Part shown: one piece after another, positions 12,827 through 21,869 of the stretch
Layout: each line of letters opens with the position of its first letter
Position numbering within the stretch: the stretch's first letter is position 1
Source of the DNA: a virus
Strand: one strand, 5' to 3'
Length of the DNA: 38,772 nt
UHGV virus genome: UHGV-0236456
Notes under the pieces: model-generated
Told to the model about the DNA's origin: nothing
The model's database searches: none
Seen by the model: only the letters and a program-made list of their open reading frames with translations
Program-made: the position numbers and the translations under genes

Positions 12827-14196
12827 TAATAATCCTCTTGCCAGTCAGCACCAGCATAGTTATCAAACCGTGAGTATTGGCCGTTAAAAGCCAATCTCAC
12901 CGTGCCAATTGGGCCATTTCGTTGCTTTCCGATAATTACCTCGGCAATGCCCTTCATTTCGCTATCCGGGTGATAAACTTCGTCGCGATACAGAAACATG
13001 ATCAGGTCTGCGTCCTGCTCAATTGCTCCTGATTCACGTAAATCTGAATTTACCGGTCGTTTGTCCGCACGCTGTTCAAGCGATCGATTAAGTTGTGACA
13101 ATGCCACCACCGGTACTTGTAATTCCTTCGCCAACGCCTTCAGTGAGCGAGAAATCTCGGCAATTTCCAGCGTTCGGTTATCTTGCAGCTCGGGGACGCG
13201 CATAAGTTGCAGGTAGTCGATCATAATCATGCTCAAACCACCATTTTCTTTATAAACACGACGAGCGCGGGAACGAAGCTCTGTAGGTGTCAGGGCGCTT
13301 GAGTCATCAATAAAAATATTCTGCTTGTCCAACAGAATACCCATTGCGCCAGAAACCCGCGCCCAATCCTCGTCGTTAAGTTGCCCTGTCCGAATACGAG
13401 TCTGATCAACGCGTGCAAGAGAAGCCAGTGAGCGCATCATCAGCTGGTGGCTCGGCATCTCAAGGCTAAAAACCAATACGGGCTTATCGTTACGAACTGC
13501 GGCATTTTCGACGAGATTCATCGCAAACGTGGTCTTCCCCATAGATGGGCGGGCGGCGACAATGATGAGATCGGACGGCTGAAGCCCTGCCGTCTTCTTA
13601 TTGATATCGGTAAATCCCGTATCAAGCCCCGTTACACCATCATGTGGTCGCTGAAACAACTCTTCTATGCGAGATACCGTTGCATCGAGAATGCTGGCGA
13701 TATCTTTTGGACCACTACCGCTCTTTTGTCGTTTTTCAGCTATTTCAAAAACGCGGCGCTCGGCCATATCCAGCAATTCATTGCTGCCCCTGCCATCCTG
13801 CGCATATCCAGCTTCGGCTATTTCATTTGCGACGGAAATCATTTCACGAACAACCGCGCGTTCACGAACGATATCCGCATAAGCACAAATATTTGCCGCG
13901 CTGGGCGTGTTCTTTGACATCTCCGCAAGGTACGCAAAACCACCGGCGCGTTCTAATTTACCGTTCTGTTCAAGTGCTTCAGCAAGTGTTATCAAATCAA
14001 TCGGTTTGCCATGACTTAATAACCTCTCCATCTCACTGAAAATTTCACGATGAGCACTGGTATAAAAATCATCAGCAACTATACGATCTGCAACTTCATC
14101 CCAGCGGCAGTTATCAAGCATTAAGCCACCAAGTACAGCTTGTTCTGCACTAAGGGAATTTGGCATGGATTCAAGAGGGGATGCAGACATTAGCAC
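12826..14196 (-). CDS. ban: replicative DNA helicase, DnaB family (P1 Ban-like)
   Basis: 456 aa; Walker A GKTTFAMNL, DnaB N-terminal domain, conserved C-terminal RecA-like motifs; full-length colinearity with DnaB. Confidence 0.95.
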   Translation of the reverse strand: MLMSASPLESMPNSLSAEQAVLGGLMLDNCRWDEVADRIVADDFYTSAHREIFSEMERLLSHGKPIDLITLAEALEQNGKLERAGGFAYLAEMSKNTPSAANICAYADIVRERAVVREMISVANEIAEAGYAQDGRGSNELLDMAERRVFEIAEKRQKSGSGPKDIASILDATVSRIEELFQRPHDGVTGLDTGFTDINKKTAGLQPSDLIIVAARPSMGKTTFAMNLVENAAVRNDKPVLVFSLEMPSHQLMMRSLASLARVDQTRIRTGQLNDEDWARVSGAMGILLDKQNIFIDDSSALTPTELRSRARRVYKENGGLSMIMIDYLQLMRVPELQDNRTLEIAEISRSLKALAKELQVPVVALSQLNRSLEQRADKRPVNSDLRESGAIEQDADLIMFLYRDEVYHPDSEMKGIAEVIIGKQRNGPIGTVRLAFNGQYSRFDNYAGADWQEDY

Positions 14197-14476
14197 TCCA
14201 CCCAGGCGTGCTGAATGTCAGATATAATCGGCATACTCAAATCACTCCTAACGATATGAGTCATCACCAGAAAATCAGGATTAATGCGCCGGACTCTTCC
14301 CGGCTGTCACACCGAATCGCCAGGATGGTGAATCCCTTTACCCGAGAAACAACAAACGGTGGCTTGCACATTCCGGCTACCTGGTTCGTTGCCTGAGCTA
14401 GGGGCAAGGTTCCCCCCTTTTAACGTCACCAGACCGCTAACGACGCATGTGCCAGACGCCGTGTTACAACCAAATA

Positions 14477-14552
14477 TGGTGGCCCCTACCGGACTTGAAC
14501 CGGTGACCGTGCGATTATGAGTCGCCAGCTCTAACCACTGAGCTAAAGGGCC
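14477..14552 (-). tRNA. tRNA with CAU anticodon (tRNA-Ile2/lysidine-type or Met)
   Basis: 76-nt cloverleaf read manually: acceptor GGCCCTT/AGGGGCC, anticodon loop CUCAUAA, T-loop GGTTCAAGTCC, 3' CCA; closest to E. coli ileX-type. Confidence 0.85.
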
Positions 14553-14579
14553 GGATTACTGCCAATTTTGCTTACGCTT

Positions 14580-15407
14580 TTATTTCACCGGAACAAACGG
14601 AACAGCGGTATTACTGGTCATATACTGCGGTAATGTACCGTTCCATTTGTTGATCGCTTCCAACTCCATAACACCGGGGTTCTGGCGCAGAGCTTCACCA
14701 CGTAAACGAATGGCATCAGCTTCGGCCTGGGCTTTTGTGCGAATAGCATCAGCCTGTCCGGCAGCTTCCGCGCGCAGCATGTTGGCCTCTGCTTCACGTT
14801 GTTTGACCTCTTGCTCGCGTTGCAGGGTTTTTTGGTTTGCCGTGACTTTGGCGTTAATACTGTCAATAACTGTTGGCGGGTATTCTGGCTTACCTACATA
14901 AGAGAGGCTCATCACCTGAATGCCGATTGGCGTCATTTCTTCCTGAATGTCTTTAAGGGCTGCATCAAGCAATTCAGATTTGCCACCGTCGATAAATTTG
15001 TCGGTGGTCATTTTGCTGGCTAACCGGTTCAGAGCATCTGCAACCTTCTGGCGTAGATCGGTATCAGTAATATCATCTACACCTTTGCGATAGGTCTGAA
15101 ATACCGTTGTGACTTTTGCTGGATCAACCTTGTAGGCTACGCCGATGTGGTAACCAATGGTTGTTCCGTCGCTCATCTGGAAGCTGAACGGCTCATCGTA
15201 TGTCTTCATTTGCTTAAAGGTCGGGAAGATATAAACTTCAGTATTCAAGCCTGTCCAGTAGCGACCAACGCCAACTACTTCACCGATACCTTTATCATCC
15301 CCCAGCTTATTTACTTTGATCCCTACGTTACCTGGCTCTACCCGATCGCATCCGGTCAGACATAAAGAACCCAAAATAATCGCTGCACTAATCAACGTTT
15401 TTTTCAT
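14580..15407 (-). CDS. SPFH/band-7 (prohibitin-like) lipoprotein
   Basis: Lipoprotein signal MKKTLISAAIILGSLCLTGC (lipobox LTGC); SPFH core then Ala/Glu/Gln-rich coiled coil; 275 aa. Possibly P1 plp (unverified). Confidence 0.8.
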   Translation of the reverse strand: MKKTLISAAIILGSLCLTGCDRVEPGNVGIKVNKLGDDKGIGEVVGVGRYWTGLNTEVYIFPTFKQMKTYDEPFSFQMSDGTTIGYHIGVAYKVDPAKVTTVFQTYRKGVDDITDTDLRQKVADALNRLASKMTTDKFIDGGKSELLDAALKDIQEEMTPIGIQVMSLSYVGKPEYPPTVIDSINAKVTANQKTLQREQEVKQREAEANMLRAEAAGQADAIRTKAQAEADAIRLRGEALRQNPGVMELEAINKWNGTLPQYMTSNTAVPFVPVK

Positions 15408-15624
15408 TAATTAATTTCCTGGTTTTTTCACGAAAAAAGACTACTGCGAAAGCCGGGTAAATGAGCGCGAGAAGGACTCCCAACAATACAAGTATTGTGC
15501 TGTTAGATGAGATCATATTTGGCAAAAGCCAAACATACAGAACCAGTGACACAATCAAACAGAGGACGGCATAAATATATAACCGCACCCATAGCGTTCG
15601 ACATTTGTTCGAATTGTTCTGCAT
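15388..15624 (-). CDS. small integral membrane protein (two predicted TM helices)
   Basis: 78 aa with two hydrophobic stretches; overlaps the SPFH gene start by 20 nt (coupled). Possibly P1 upl (unverified). Confidence 0.5.
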   Translation of the reverse strand: MQNNSNKCRTLWVRLYIYAVLCLIVSLVLYVWLLPNMISSNSTILVLLGVLLALIYPAFAVVFFREKTRKLINEKNVD

Positions 15625-15799
15625 CCTCTCACTCCATTATTTAACGAATAAAAAAGCTGCGGTGCCGGGTGCCTCCCGGTGTCCTTTGGCTGGTTATCCA
15701 CCGTGGACGGGGAAACAAGGAGAAATGAATGGACTGATATAACCATTTCCCCGCGTGCGCTTAGCCGCATTCACCGCAACGGAAAGAGCATTCTTGGTG

Positions 15800-16552
15800 G
15801 ACCTGTAGATTGGGATATGAACCCGTTACAGGAGAATGCTCTTACCTGTTACGTGCTCCGTTTCGTGGAGCTAACGGCGGGTGATCGGGCCGCACCAGGC
15901 TGGACTTATTTCAGCGTTATGCTCATGCCAGAGAATCAAACTGTGATGGTCGGTGCTGAACTCCGACACAGGGTTGTAGCAAGCCCCGCAAAGCGCGCAC
16001 TACTGTAGTTGCGGCACATCAGCCTGTGCATTCACCACAATGTTGAGAACACTGGTTGTCACGCTGCAACGCAACATTTATTCGTAGATTGGGATATGAC
16101 CCCGTTACGCCAGTGTTCTCAACGTTGTAGTGCCGGTTACGGTTCCGGCCAGGCCTCTTCCTCAACGGGGTGTTCTCCATACGGACTACCGTTTATTGGT
16201 CGTTCCTGCGGTTTATGTTGTGAAGCCAGATGCTTATCTTCTGGTTGCTTCAAAGAGCTGCACTTCATCACAACGGTAAGAGCACTCGATGCATTTAAGC
16301 CAAGCCCCATAAGGGAGAATGCCCTTACCTGTTGTGTTGTGATGACCGGTGCTGATCTCCGGCTTGCGGTTATTTCAGACTCTCACGGGCGTTTAATTGC
16401 CCCGCCGAACAGCTCTTTTCCGCAATAGCTGCAATGTCTTTCGCGCATCAGCCTGCGCATTCATCACAACGGTAAGGGTACTTCGTAGGGATTCGAACCC
16501 TCTGCCAAGCTCGGCGATCTCCGACGTCGCAAAATACCCTTACCTGTTGTGC
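15800..16552. repeat. array of short repeated modules and nested inverted repeats containing degenerate tRNA T-arm-like fragments
   Basis: Repeats read directly: CATCAGCCTG(T/C)GCATTCA at 16018 and 16447; GTAGATTGGGATATGA(A/C)CCCGTTAC at 15805 and 16083; CACAACGGTAAG(A/G)G at 16269 and 16465 with inverted partners CCCTTACCTGTTGTG at 16322 and 16537; 18-bp inverted repeat 16038-16055/16110-16127. Confidence 0.5.
16481..16534 (-). pseudogene. tRNA-like fragment (T-arm GGGTTCGAATCCC) enclosed by a 16-17 bp inverted repeat; probably a tRNA remnant
   Basis: Minus-strand sequence contains a canonical T-loop but no D-arm or complete anticodon arm. Confidence 0.3.
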
Positions 16553-16628
16553 TGGTGCCGATTAACGGAATCGAACCGCTGACATCCTGCTTACAAGGCA
16601 GGCGCTCTACCAACTGAGCTAAACCGGC
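16553..16628 (-). tRNA. tRNA-Thr (UGU)
   Basis: 76-nt cloverleaf: acceptor GCCGGTT/AATCGGC, D-arm GCTC/GAGC, anticodon loop CUUGUAA, T-loop GGTTCGATTCC, CCA end. Confidence 0.85.
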
Positions 16629-16630
16629 AT

Positions 16631-16706
16631 TGGCGATGGTGGATGGATTTGAACCATCGACCCGTTGATTAACAGTCAACCGCTCTAACCGCTGAGCTAC
16701 ACCATC
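16631..16706 (-). tRNA. tRNA-Asn (GUU)
   Basis: 76-nt cloverleaf: acceptor GATGGTG/CACCATC, anticodon loop CUGUUAA, T-loop GGTTCAAATCC, CCA end; 2 nt from tRNA-Thr. Confidence 0.85.
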
Positions 16707-17374
16707 ACTTGCCGGGTACGTCTCCGGCGAGGGCTTCCACCTCCGTATGCTTTTCGGCGCACCGCGCCCTGGCTGCAATTCGGTAACAGGGGATGCATAA
16801 CCCTGGCTTCCAGCGTGATTAGCGCTTTCAGCATGACGGGATATACCCGTAAATTCGTGGAACTGTACCCAAAGTGCTGTTAAGCACCGCTGTTACGCTG
16901 AAAAGAAGACGCAACAGGAAAGGACGCTGACCAACAGATGGCCCCTTCTCGTTCATCTGGTTAATCACACCAGCGCCCTTACCTGTTGTGCCTCCCCGTT
17001 CCCTAATACACAGACGGGGACACTCTGCGGTCGATTTTTTGACGGGGGACGACTCATACCCCGTGGCGTCTGGCTTCTTAGGCCGCTACCATCATCAGAT
17101 CATCGTTTGCATTTACTTTAATGGTCAGTTTCTAAACCGCCGCAAAGTCGCTAACCATGACGAAAACCCTGAAAAAAACGCCCACCCGAAGATGGGCAAA
17201 CTGGAAGCTCGTAACGCACTTCGGTGTTGCCACTTAGGCGTATGGTCAACCTGGCAACTCGGCGTCATGAGGGGGAAGGAGTCACTACCCCGCCATACTT
17301 GCCGCCGCGCCTGTCGCGGCTAACAGCTAAATCGCTCTATAAATCACGATTCATTGAGGCGATATTACACTAAT

Positions 17375-17391
17375 AAATTTATTAGAGCAAT
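17375..17391 (-). promoter_or_regulatory. C1 operator, perfect 17/17 match (AAATTTATTAGAGCAAT = reverse complement of ATTGCTCTAATAAATTT), within a 16-bp palindrome CTAATAAATTTATTAG
   Basis: Read in sequence; overlaps the 3' end of the methyltransferase gene and heads the tRNA/helicase transcription unit. Confidence 0.6.
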
Positions 17392-19400
17392 ATTGCTATA
17401 ACGTCATGAGCAACACCTCGAGTGTCCCCCTTACAAGACACAGAACGTCTGGCAAAAAGAGGTTCCACTCTGAAGCCACTGTCCTGATAAAGTTCTCTGA
17501 TGTTTGGCGCGCCACTGTTAGTAATGAGAACCTTTGCACCTCGGCGATGAGCATCCGTCAACAGAGACGCCAGGCGTTTTTGCTCTTCAAACTTAAAGTC
17601 ATGACCGGAATAGTTCGTGAATCCCTCTGTATTTGGGAGCGGTTCATACGGCGGATCGCAAAAGATGACATCTCCTTCTCCGGCAGCTTCAATCACCGCA
17701 GCAAAATCACCACATACAAACTCAGAACGCCCTTCCGCACCAAGGAAGGCTTCCATCTCCTGCAATGGGAAATACGGAGTTTTATACTTCCCATAACCGA
17801 CATTGAACTCACCGGCTTGGTTGTAACGCGTCAATCCGTTAAAACAATGTCGGTTCAGGAACAAAAACGCCGCTGCGCGATGTAAATCATCATAGACTTG
17901 TTTGTTAAACGCATTCCGTACTGCCAGGTATCCTTCCTGCGTGTTGTAGTCCTGGAAGAAACGATGTGCCAGAGTGATAAGTGAATGCGCCTCGCGTTGC
18001 AGAGTCTTGTAAAAGTTAATCAGGTCAGCATTCACATCATTTAGCAGATTTTCCTGGTATCCGGCATTCATGAAGACAGCTCCGCCACCAACGAAAGGCT
18101 CAATCAGGCGCTTCCCTTCTGGCAAATAGCGAAAGATTTGTTCCAGAACACCAAATTTTCCACCAGCCCATTTGAATATGGACCGTTCGAATTCTGCCGC
18201 TGGTTTAACTTTTCGCTCTTTTGTTTCACTCCCTTCCTTCTGCCGACATGCAGCCTTGGCAATCCGATCGCCAATCCAGCGCATTACTGGTATCGCCATA
18301 CTATTGCCGATCGCTTTGTAACGCGGTCCGTCAGCTGCAAGCATCGCGGCCTCTTCTTCGCTCAAATCAGGATAGTTTTTGCGAAGGTATGCCAGTTCAT
18401 CTGAAGAAACTTTTTTACGCTTTTCCGTAGGGATCAATGTATGTCCATCAGGAAAACCTTGCAGCCTTTCACATTCGACAGGGATAAGACGGCGCATTCT
18501 ACCGTCGACGAGCAATACAATTGGTGCTTCATGGTTACATGTCAAAGTTGGTGCCGAATTATCGGTTTTTATCTCAGCCCCTCCTTGCCCATGTGCCATG
18601 GCAACTATGTTTGTATCATCGCAAGATCTGATAGCGATGTTTGAAGTATATCTGGTAGTTTCCTTCCCCTCGCCTCTGCTCGGCGCAATATTCCGGCGCA
18701 CGCCTTCGAACTCAAAAAGTACCGTTGCGGGATCGAGGTCTGTTCGAGCACTTGCGACAACAAACACGCGTCGGCGTCGTTGTGCCACTCCGAAGTATTG
18801 GGCATCAAGGATTCTCCAGGCCACCTTTCGCTGCGGTCCATAAATACAACCACACTGCGGCCACTTTGGAGCATGGCAACCGGTTTTGCCATCCCACCGC
18901 CAGAACGCGTTACTTTTTCCTGATTCAGGTCGATCACCTGGTTCAAATGGCGCATCTTCTCCAGCCAATCCGGCAAGGAAACATCCGAAGGCGTTATCTG
19001 CCGATGACAGGACTCCTGGGACATTTTCCCAGACGATAACTGTCGGTTTGAGGAAGGACTCAGACCGTTTGTCGTCAATTGCATTTGCAAGCTCCACATA
19101 CTTCAAAGTTAGCGCGCCGCGTTCATCATCAAGCCCACCACGTAAGCCCGCGATACTGAATGCCTGACAAGGCGTACCCCCGACGAGCACATCAGGGGAT
19201 TCGATTTCCCCAGCCAGGACTTTTTTGGCAAGTTTTGTCATGTCGCCAAGGTTGGCGACATGGGGCCAGCGGTGCGCAAGAACGGCAGATGGAAAAGGCT
19301 CGATTTCAGCAAACCACGCCGGACGCATACCCAACGGTTCCCAGGCAATACTCGCGGCTTCAATTCCACTGCAAACAGATCCATAGCACAGCTCTTTCAC
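17382..19400 (-). CDS. dmt: bifunctional DNA methyltransferase: N-terminal C5-cytosine MTase fused to C-terminal Dam-like N6-adenine MTase
   Basis: N-terminal [12 protein letters not shown] (PCQ) and VWENVPG (ENV) motifs; C-terminal [11 protein letters not shown]...DPPY motifs colinear with Dam; 672 aa. Confidence 0.9.
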   Translation of the reverse strand: MKELCYGSVCSGIEAASIAWEPLGMRPAWFAEIEPFPSAVLAHRWPHVANLGDMTKLAKKVLAGEIESPDVLVGGTPCQAFSIAGLRGGLDDERGALTLKYVELANAIDDKRSESFLKPTVIVWENVPGVLSSADNAFGCFLAGLAGEDAPFEPGDRPESGKSNAFWRWDGKTGCHAPKWPQCGCIYGPQRKVAWRILDAQYFGVAQRRRRVFVVASARTDLDPATVLFEFEGVRRNIAPSRGEGKETTRYTSNIAIRSCDDTNIVAMAHGQGGAEIKTDNSAPTLTCNHEAPIVLLVDGRMRRLIPVECERLQGFPDGHTLIPTEKRKKVSSDELAYLRKNYPDLSEEEAAMLAADGPRYKAIGNSMAIPVMRWIGDRIAKAACRQKEGSETKERKVKPAAEFERSIFKWAGGKFGVLEQIFRYLPEGKRLIEPFVGGGAVFMNAGYQENLLNDVNADLINFYKTLQREAHSLITLAHRFFQDYNTQEGYLAVRNAFNKQVYDDLHRAAAFLFLNRHCFNGLTRYNQAGEFNVGYGKYKTPYFPLQEMEAFLGAEGRSEFVCGDFAAVIEAAGEGDVIFCDPPYEPLPNTEGFTNYSGHDFKFEEQKRLASLLTDAHRRGAKVLITNSGAPNIRELYQDSGFRVEPLFARRSVSCKGDTRGVAHDVIAILL

Positions 19401-20302
19401 TGCTTAGCCTCTCCACCAAGGGCATTTACCAGAGCATCAACCAGGCACGAAATTTCACTGGTCAACAGGAAGAAATCTGCGTCCAGTCGCTGCGCAACAT
19501 CTTCACTATCAATATCAGAGTTCTGCTCAAGCAATTCATCCGCAAATTTGACGCTGGTAAGGCTGAAGTTATGGTCCAGTGTAAATTTAATGCGGTTCTG
19601 CCAGTCGAGTGCCAACTTAGTAACGAGCTTGCCAGCTTCCAGGTGTGTGGAAATTTCATCGCTTCCCAAATCCTGCTTTTTCACTCGGGCAATACCGCCA
19701 TCCTCAAGCACTGCCTTAAGTTCTGCCGCATCCCCCATTTGAAATCCCTGTGGAGCACTACCATCACGTACCCAGTCGGTCAGCGTTAATTCAATGGGAT
19801 TTTCAACACTCAGGGGAACAACAGGAAGAGAACCCAGAGACTTACGCATAAGCGCGAGCATATCCTCTGCCTGCCGCGCGCTGGCATTGATATAGATACG
19901 TTTAGTTGAACCGTCGTAGATCGCCTGGATAACAGAAAACTTTGAAAAAGCCCGTGGCAGAAGAGAATGCAGAACTTCGTCTTTCAGGGAGTCCTTCTCT
20001 GTTTTCTTCAGTTTACGCGCTTGTTCTTGCTCAAGTTTTTCAATTTTTTCTTGAATAGCTCGCTGGATAACCGGCGGGGGAAGAATTTTTGTTTCGCGCT
20101 TTGCTTCAACAAGGATAAAACCATTTCCATGCATAGCGATAACTTCGGAATTATCACCAAATGGAGATACAAAACCGAACTTGGCCATATCCTGACTACC
20201 GCATGGCGTGAAAAGGATCATTTTCTTTTTATCTTCTAAGTCGGTCAGATCCGCCTCACGAGAAAGTTTATAAATAGTAATGTTTTTCCAGTGCTTAAAC
20301 AT
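19397..20302 (-). CDS. hrdC: RdgC-family recombination-associated protein
   Basis: Start moved to internal Met ([16 protein letters not shown]); strong colinearity with E. coli RdgC as I recall it ([48 protein letters not shown]); ~301 aa. Confidence 0.85.
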   Translation of the reverse strand: MFKHWKNITIYKLSREADLTDLEDKKKMILFTPCGSQDMAKFGFVSPFGDNSEVIAMHGNGFILVEAKRETKILPPPVIQRAIQEKIEKLEQEQARKLKKTEKDSLKDEVLHSLLPRAFSKFSVIQAIYDGSTKRIYINASARQAEDMLALMRKSLGSLPVVPLSVENPIELTLTDWVRDGSAPQGFQMGDAAELKAVLEDGGIARVKKQDLGSDEISTHLEAGKLVTKLALDWQNRIKFTLDHNFSLTSVKFADELLEQNSDIDSEDVAQRLDADFFLLTSEISCLVDALVNALGGEAKQ

Positions 20303-20579
20303 GTTGTAACCCTTGAATATCAACCACAGAAAGCTCGTCTTTGTAGAAAAAGGCCAGGTTGTGGCACCCCCTCGTTTGAGCGTATGAGCTGGGACCAATT
20401 TCGTTCTTCCAGACAAATGGCTTCAAATCCGTACGGCGAAGCATAAAAACGCGATTTGTTCCGCTCTGATTCCCAATGAGGCAAAAGCCTTCTTTCACCT
20501 TGATAGCCTGCAAGTTGTCGAGTTCACCGCTGGTTACACGGCTATCGAACTCCTTGCGGCTTATTAGCTCCATCTGCAT
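20295..20579 (-). CDS. hypothetical protein (~94 aa)
   Basis: Start set at Met preceded by GGAG SD ([11 protein letters not shown]...); stop overlaps rdgC-like start; first gene after operator at 20651. Confidence 0.5.
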   Translation of the reverse strand: MQMELISRKEFDSRVTSGELDNLQAIKVKEGFCLIGNQSGTNRVFMLRRTDLKPFVWKNEIGPSSYAQTRGCHNLAFFYKDELSVVDIQGLQHV

Positions 20580-20650
20580 CTGACGACTCCAAACAAATGC
20601 CCATTGAAGGGCGATGGCTGAATGGTACCGAAAACACGATATAAAAAACA

Positions 20651-20667
20651 ATATTTATTAGAGCAAT
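20651..20667 (-). promoter_or_regulatory. C1 operator-like site (ATATTTATTAGAGCAAT, 16/17) in divergent promoter region
   Basis: Read in sequence; between minus-strand dmt operon and plus-strand PAAR-like operon. Confidence 0.55.
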
Positions 20668-20748
20668 TTTGCAATAAGTAAACGCCATACAGACCACAAA
20701 TAACCTAAGTTAAAATAACGAAAATCAGAGCAAATCATTGGTGATGAC

Positions 20749-21033
20749 GTGGCAAGTATTGCAACAAAAGACAGCATTTGTTCGGGGCACGGAGGATTCC
20801 CATCCAGGCCTCCCGTAGAGAGCGAATCACTACTTAAAGTCAACGGAGTCGAAGTGTTAGTTGATGGTAAGCAATATGCACAGCATACCGATGGGAACAG
20901 CACGCACGGCGGGCAAGCTATATCAACCAGGGCATGGTTTACCGTCAACGGGAAAGGGATCGTATGCGTTGGTGATCCTGTTTCATGCGGCTCTACCGTT
21001 GCAGCCGGAGACGGCCTGGTTCAGGTAAGTTAG
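20749..21033 (+). CDS. PAAR-like small protein (spike-tip sharpening protein family, tentative)
   Basis: 94 aa, GTG start; ICSGHGG...VNGVEVLVDGKQ...THGG...VNGKGIVCVGDPVSCGSTVAAGDGLVQV pattern resembling PAAR/gp5.4-type proteins. Confidence 0.55.
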   Translation: MASIATKDSICSGHGGFPSRPPVESESLLKVNGVEVLVDGKQYAQHTDGNSTHGGQAISTRAWFTVNGKGIVCVGDPVSCGSTVAAGDGLVQVS

Positions 21034-21041
21034 GAGATATC

Positions 21042-21830
21042 ATGCTGGAAAAAGACTACCAGTTATCCGCATATAAAAAATTGGCCGCCGCCGGTGGGAT
21101 GAAAACACCTGGTGCCATAACATCGGCACGAAACAGTGCTAACACAGCAAAACTGCTTGCAGAAGAATTGACCGGATTAATTCTGGATACAATTGTCTAT
21201 CCCGACACTATTACCAGCTATGTTTCAACGATCAGAACAACCGCAACCGGTTTAACGAATATTGGAGGACTGGCAACTCAGCACGCGGACCTGTTGGCTG
21301 GTTATGCTGATCTGTCAATGCTCCTTCAACTCGATATTGGTTGGGATGTTTACTGTCGTGCTAATGAGCGAGAAGTTTCAGAACTGCCGATCTCTATTGC
21401 CATTGGTGACGCGACTACAACGAAATCGCTTGAGGACGCTGTAAATGCGCTTAATACGTCGAGTTTAGTCGCTGCTATGGAGGACATTAACCAGACCCTT
21501 AACACAGGCTCAGGAAGCTCGTCAGGCTCTGATTCAGGTGGCTGCGCAGTCACTCCCCCACCAGCACTGACAGAACAACAAGTTGAAGCACTGAAGGAAG
21601 CTACTGAACAATTTGGTGCTTTTTTCGACCAGACAACAGTACCGGTAGCAGCATTGCAACAGCAGTATGAACGAGCGAAGGAAAGCGCCAGCGTAGCCAT
21701 AACTGCTTATAACCATGCTATCGGTACCGCGCTTGCGGAAGCATCAGCAAATAAGGCCAGCACAGCCAGCGCAGTTGCCGCTTTGGTTCCTGATTCTGTT
21801 CTTGATGAATTAAACAAAGCGGCACAGTAA
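21042..21830 (+). CDS. hypothetical protein with Ser/Gly-rich linker (262 aa)
   Basis: Start at ATG 21042 preceded by TAGGAGAT; no recognised motif. Confidence 0.55.
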   Translation: MLEKDYQLSAYKKLAAAGGMKTPGAITSARNSANTAKLLAEELTGLILDTIVYPDTITSYVSTIRTTATGLTNIGGLATQHADLLAGYADLSMLLQLDIGWDVYCRANEREVSELPISIAIGDATTTKSLEDAVNALNTSSLVAAMEDINQTLNTGSGSSSGSDSGGCAVTPPPALTEQQVEALKEATEQFGAFFDQTTVPVAALQQQYERAKESASVAITAYNHAIGTALAEASANKASTASAVAALVPDSVLDELNKAAQ

Positions 21831-21869
21831 CAAAGGACTTCATTGATAATTTTTCTTCAGGAGGAAGAC

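Noticed and set aside
16481-16534. A fourth functional tRNA gene
   Set aside because: Only a T-arm-like segment is present; there is no D-arm, no 7-nt anticodon loop in a proper stem and no CCA-proximal acceptor pairing, so it is reported as a remnant rather than a tRNA.
14477-16706. tRNA genes as a chromosomal integration site (att) for a genomic island
   Set aside because: No integrase or direct-repeat duplication of a tRNA 3' end bounding an island was found; the three tRNAs lie inside a phage operon and match the Asn/Thr/Ile set that P1-like phages themselves encode (memory).
15679-17323. Plus-strand ORFs from the six-frame track (15679..16008, 16009..16428, 16397..16582, 16988..17323) and minus-strand ORF 16464..16778
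   Set aside because: They run through tRNA genes and repeat modules, are Arg/Cys/His-rich with low complexity, lack ribosome-binding sites, and are antisense to the surrounding transcription unit; treated as spurious.
18379-19789. Long antisense ORFs inside the methyltransferase gene (for example 18379..18843, 18605..19099, 19160..19789) and similar internal ORFs in other large genes
   Set aside because: They are fully embedded in and out of frame with well-supported coding sequences carrying conserved catalytic motifs; their composition reflects the opposite strand of a real gene.
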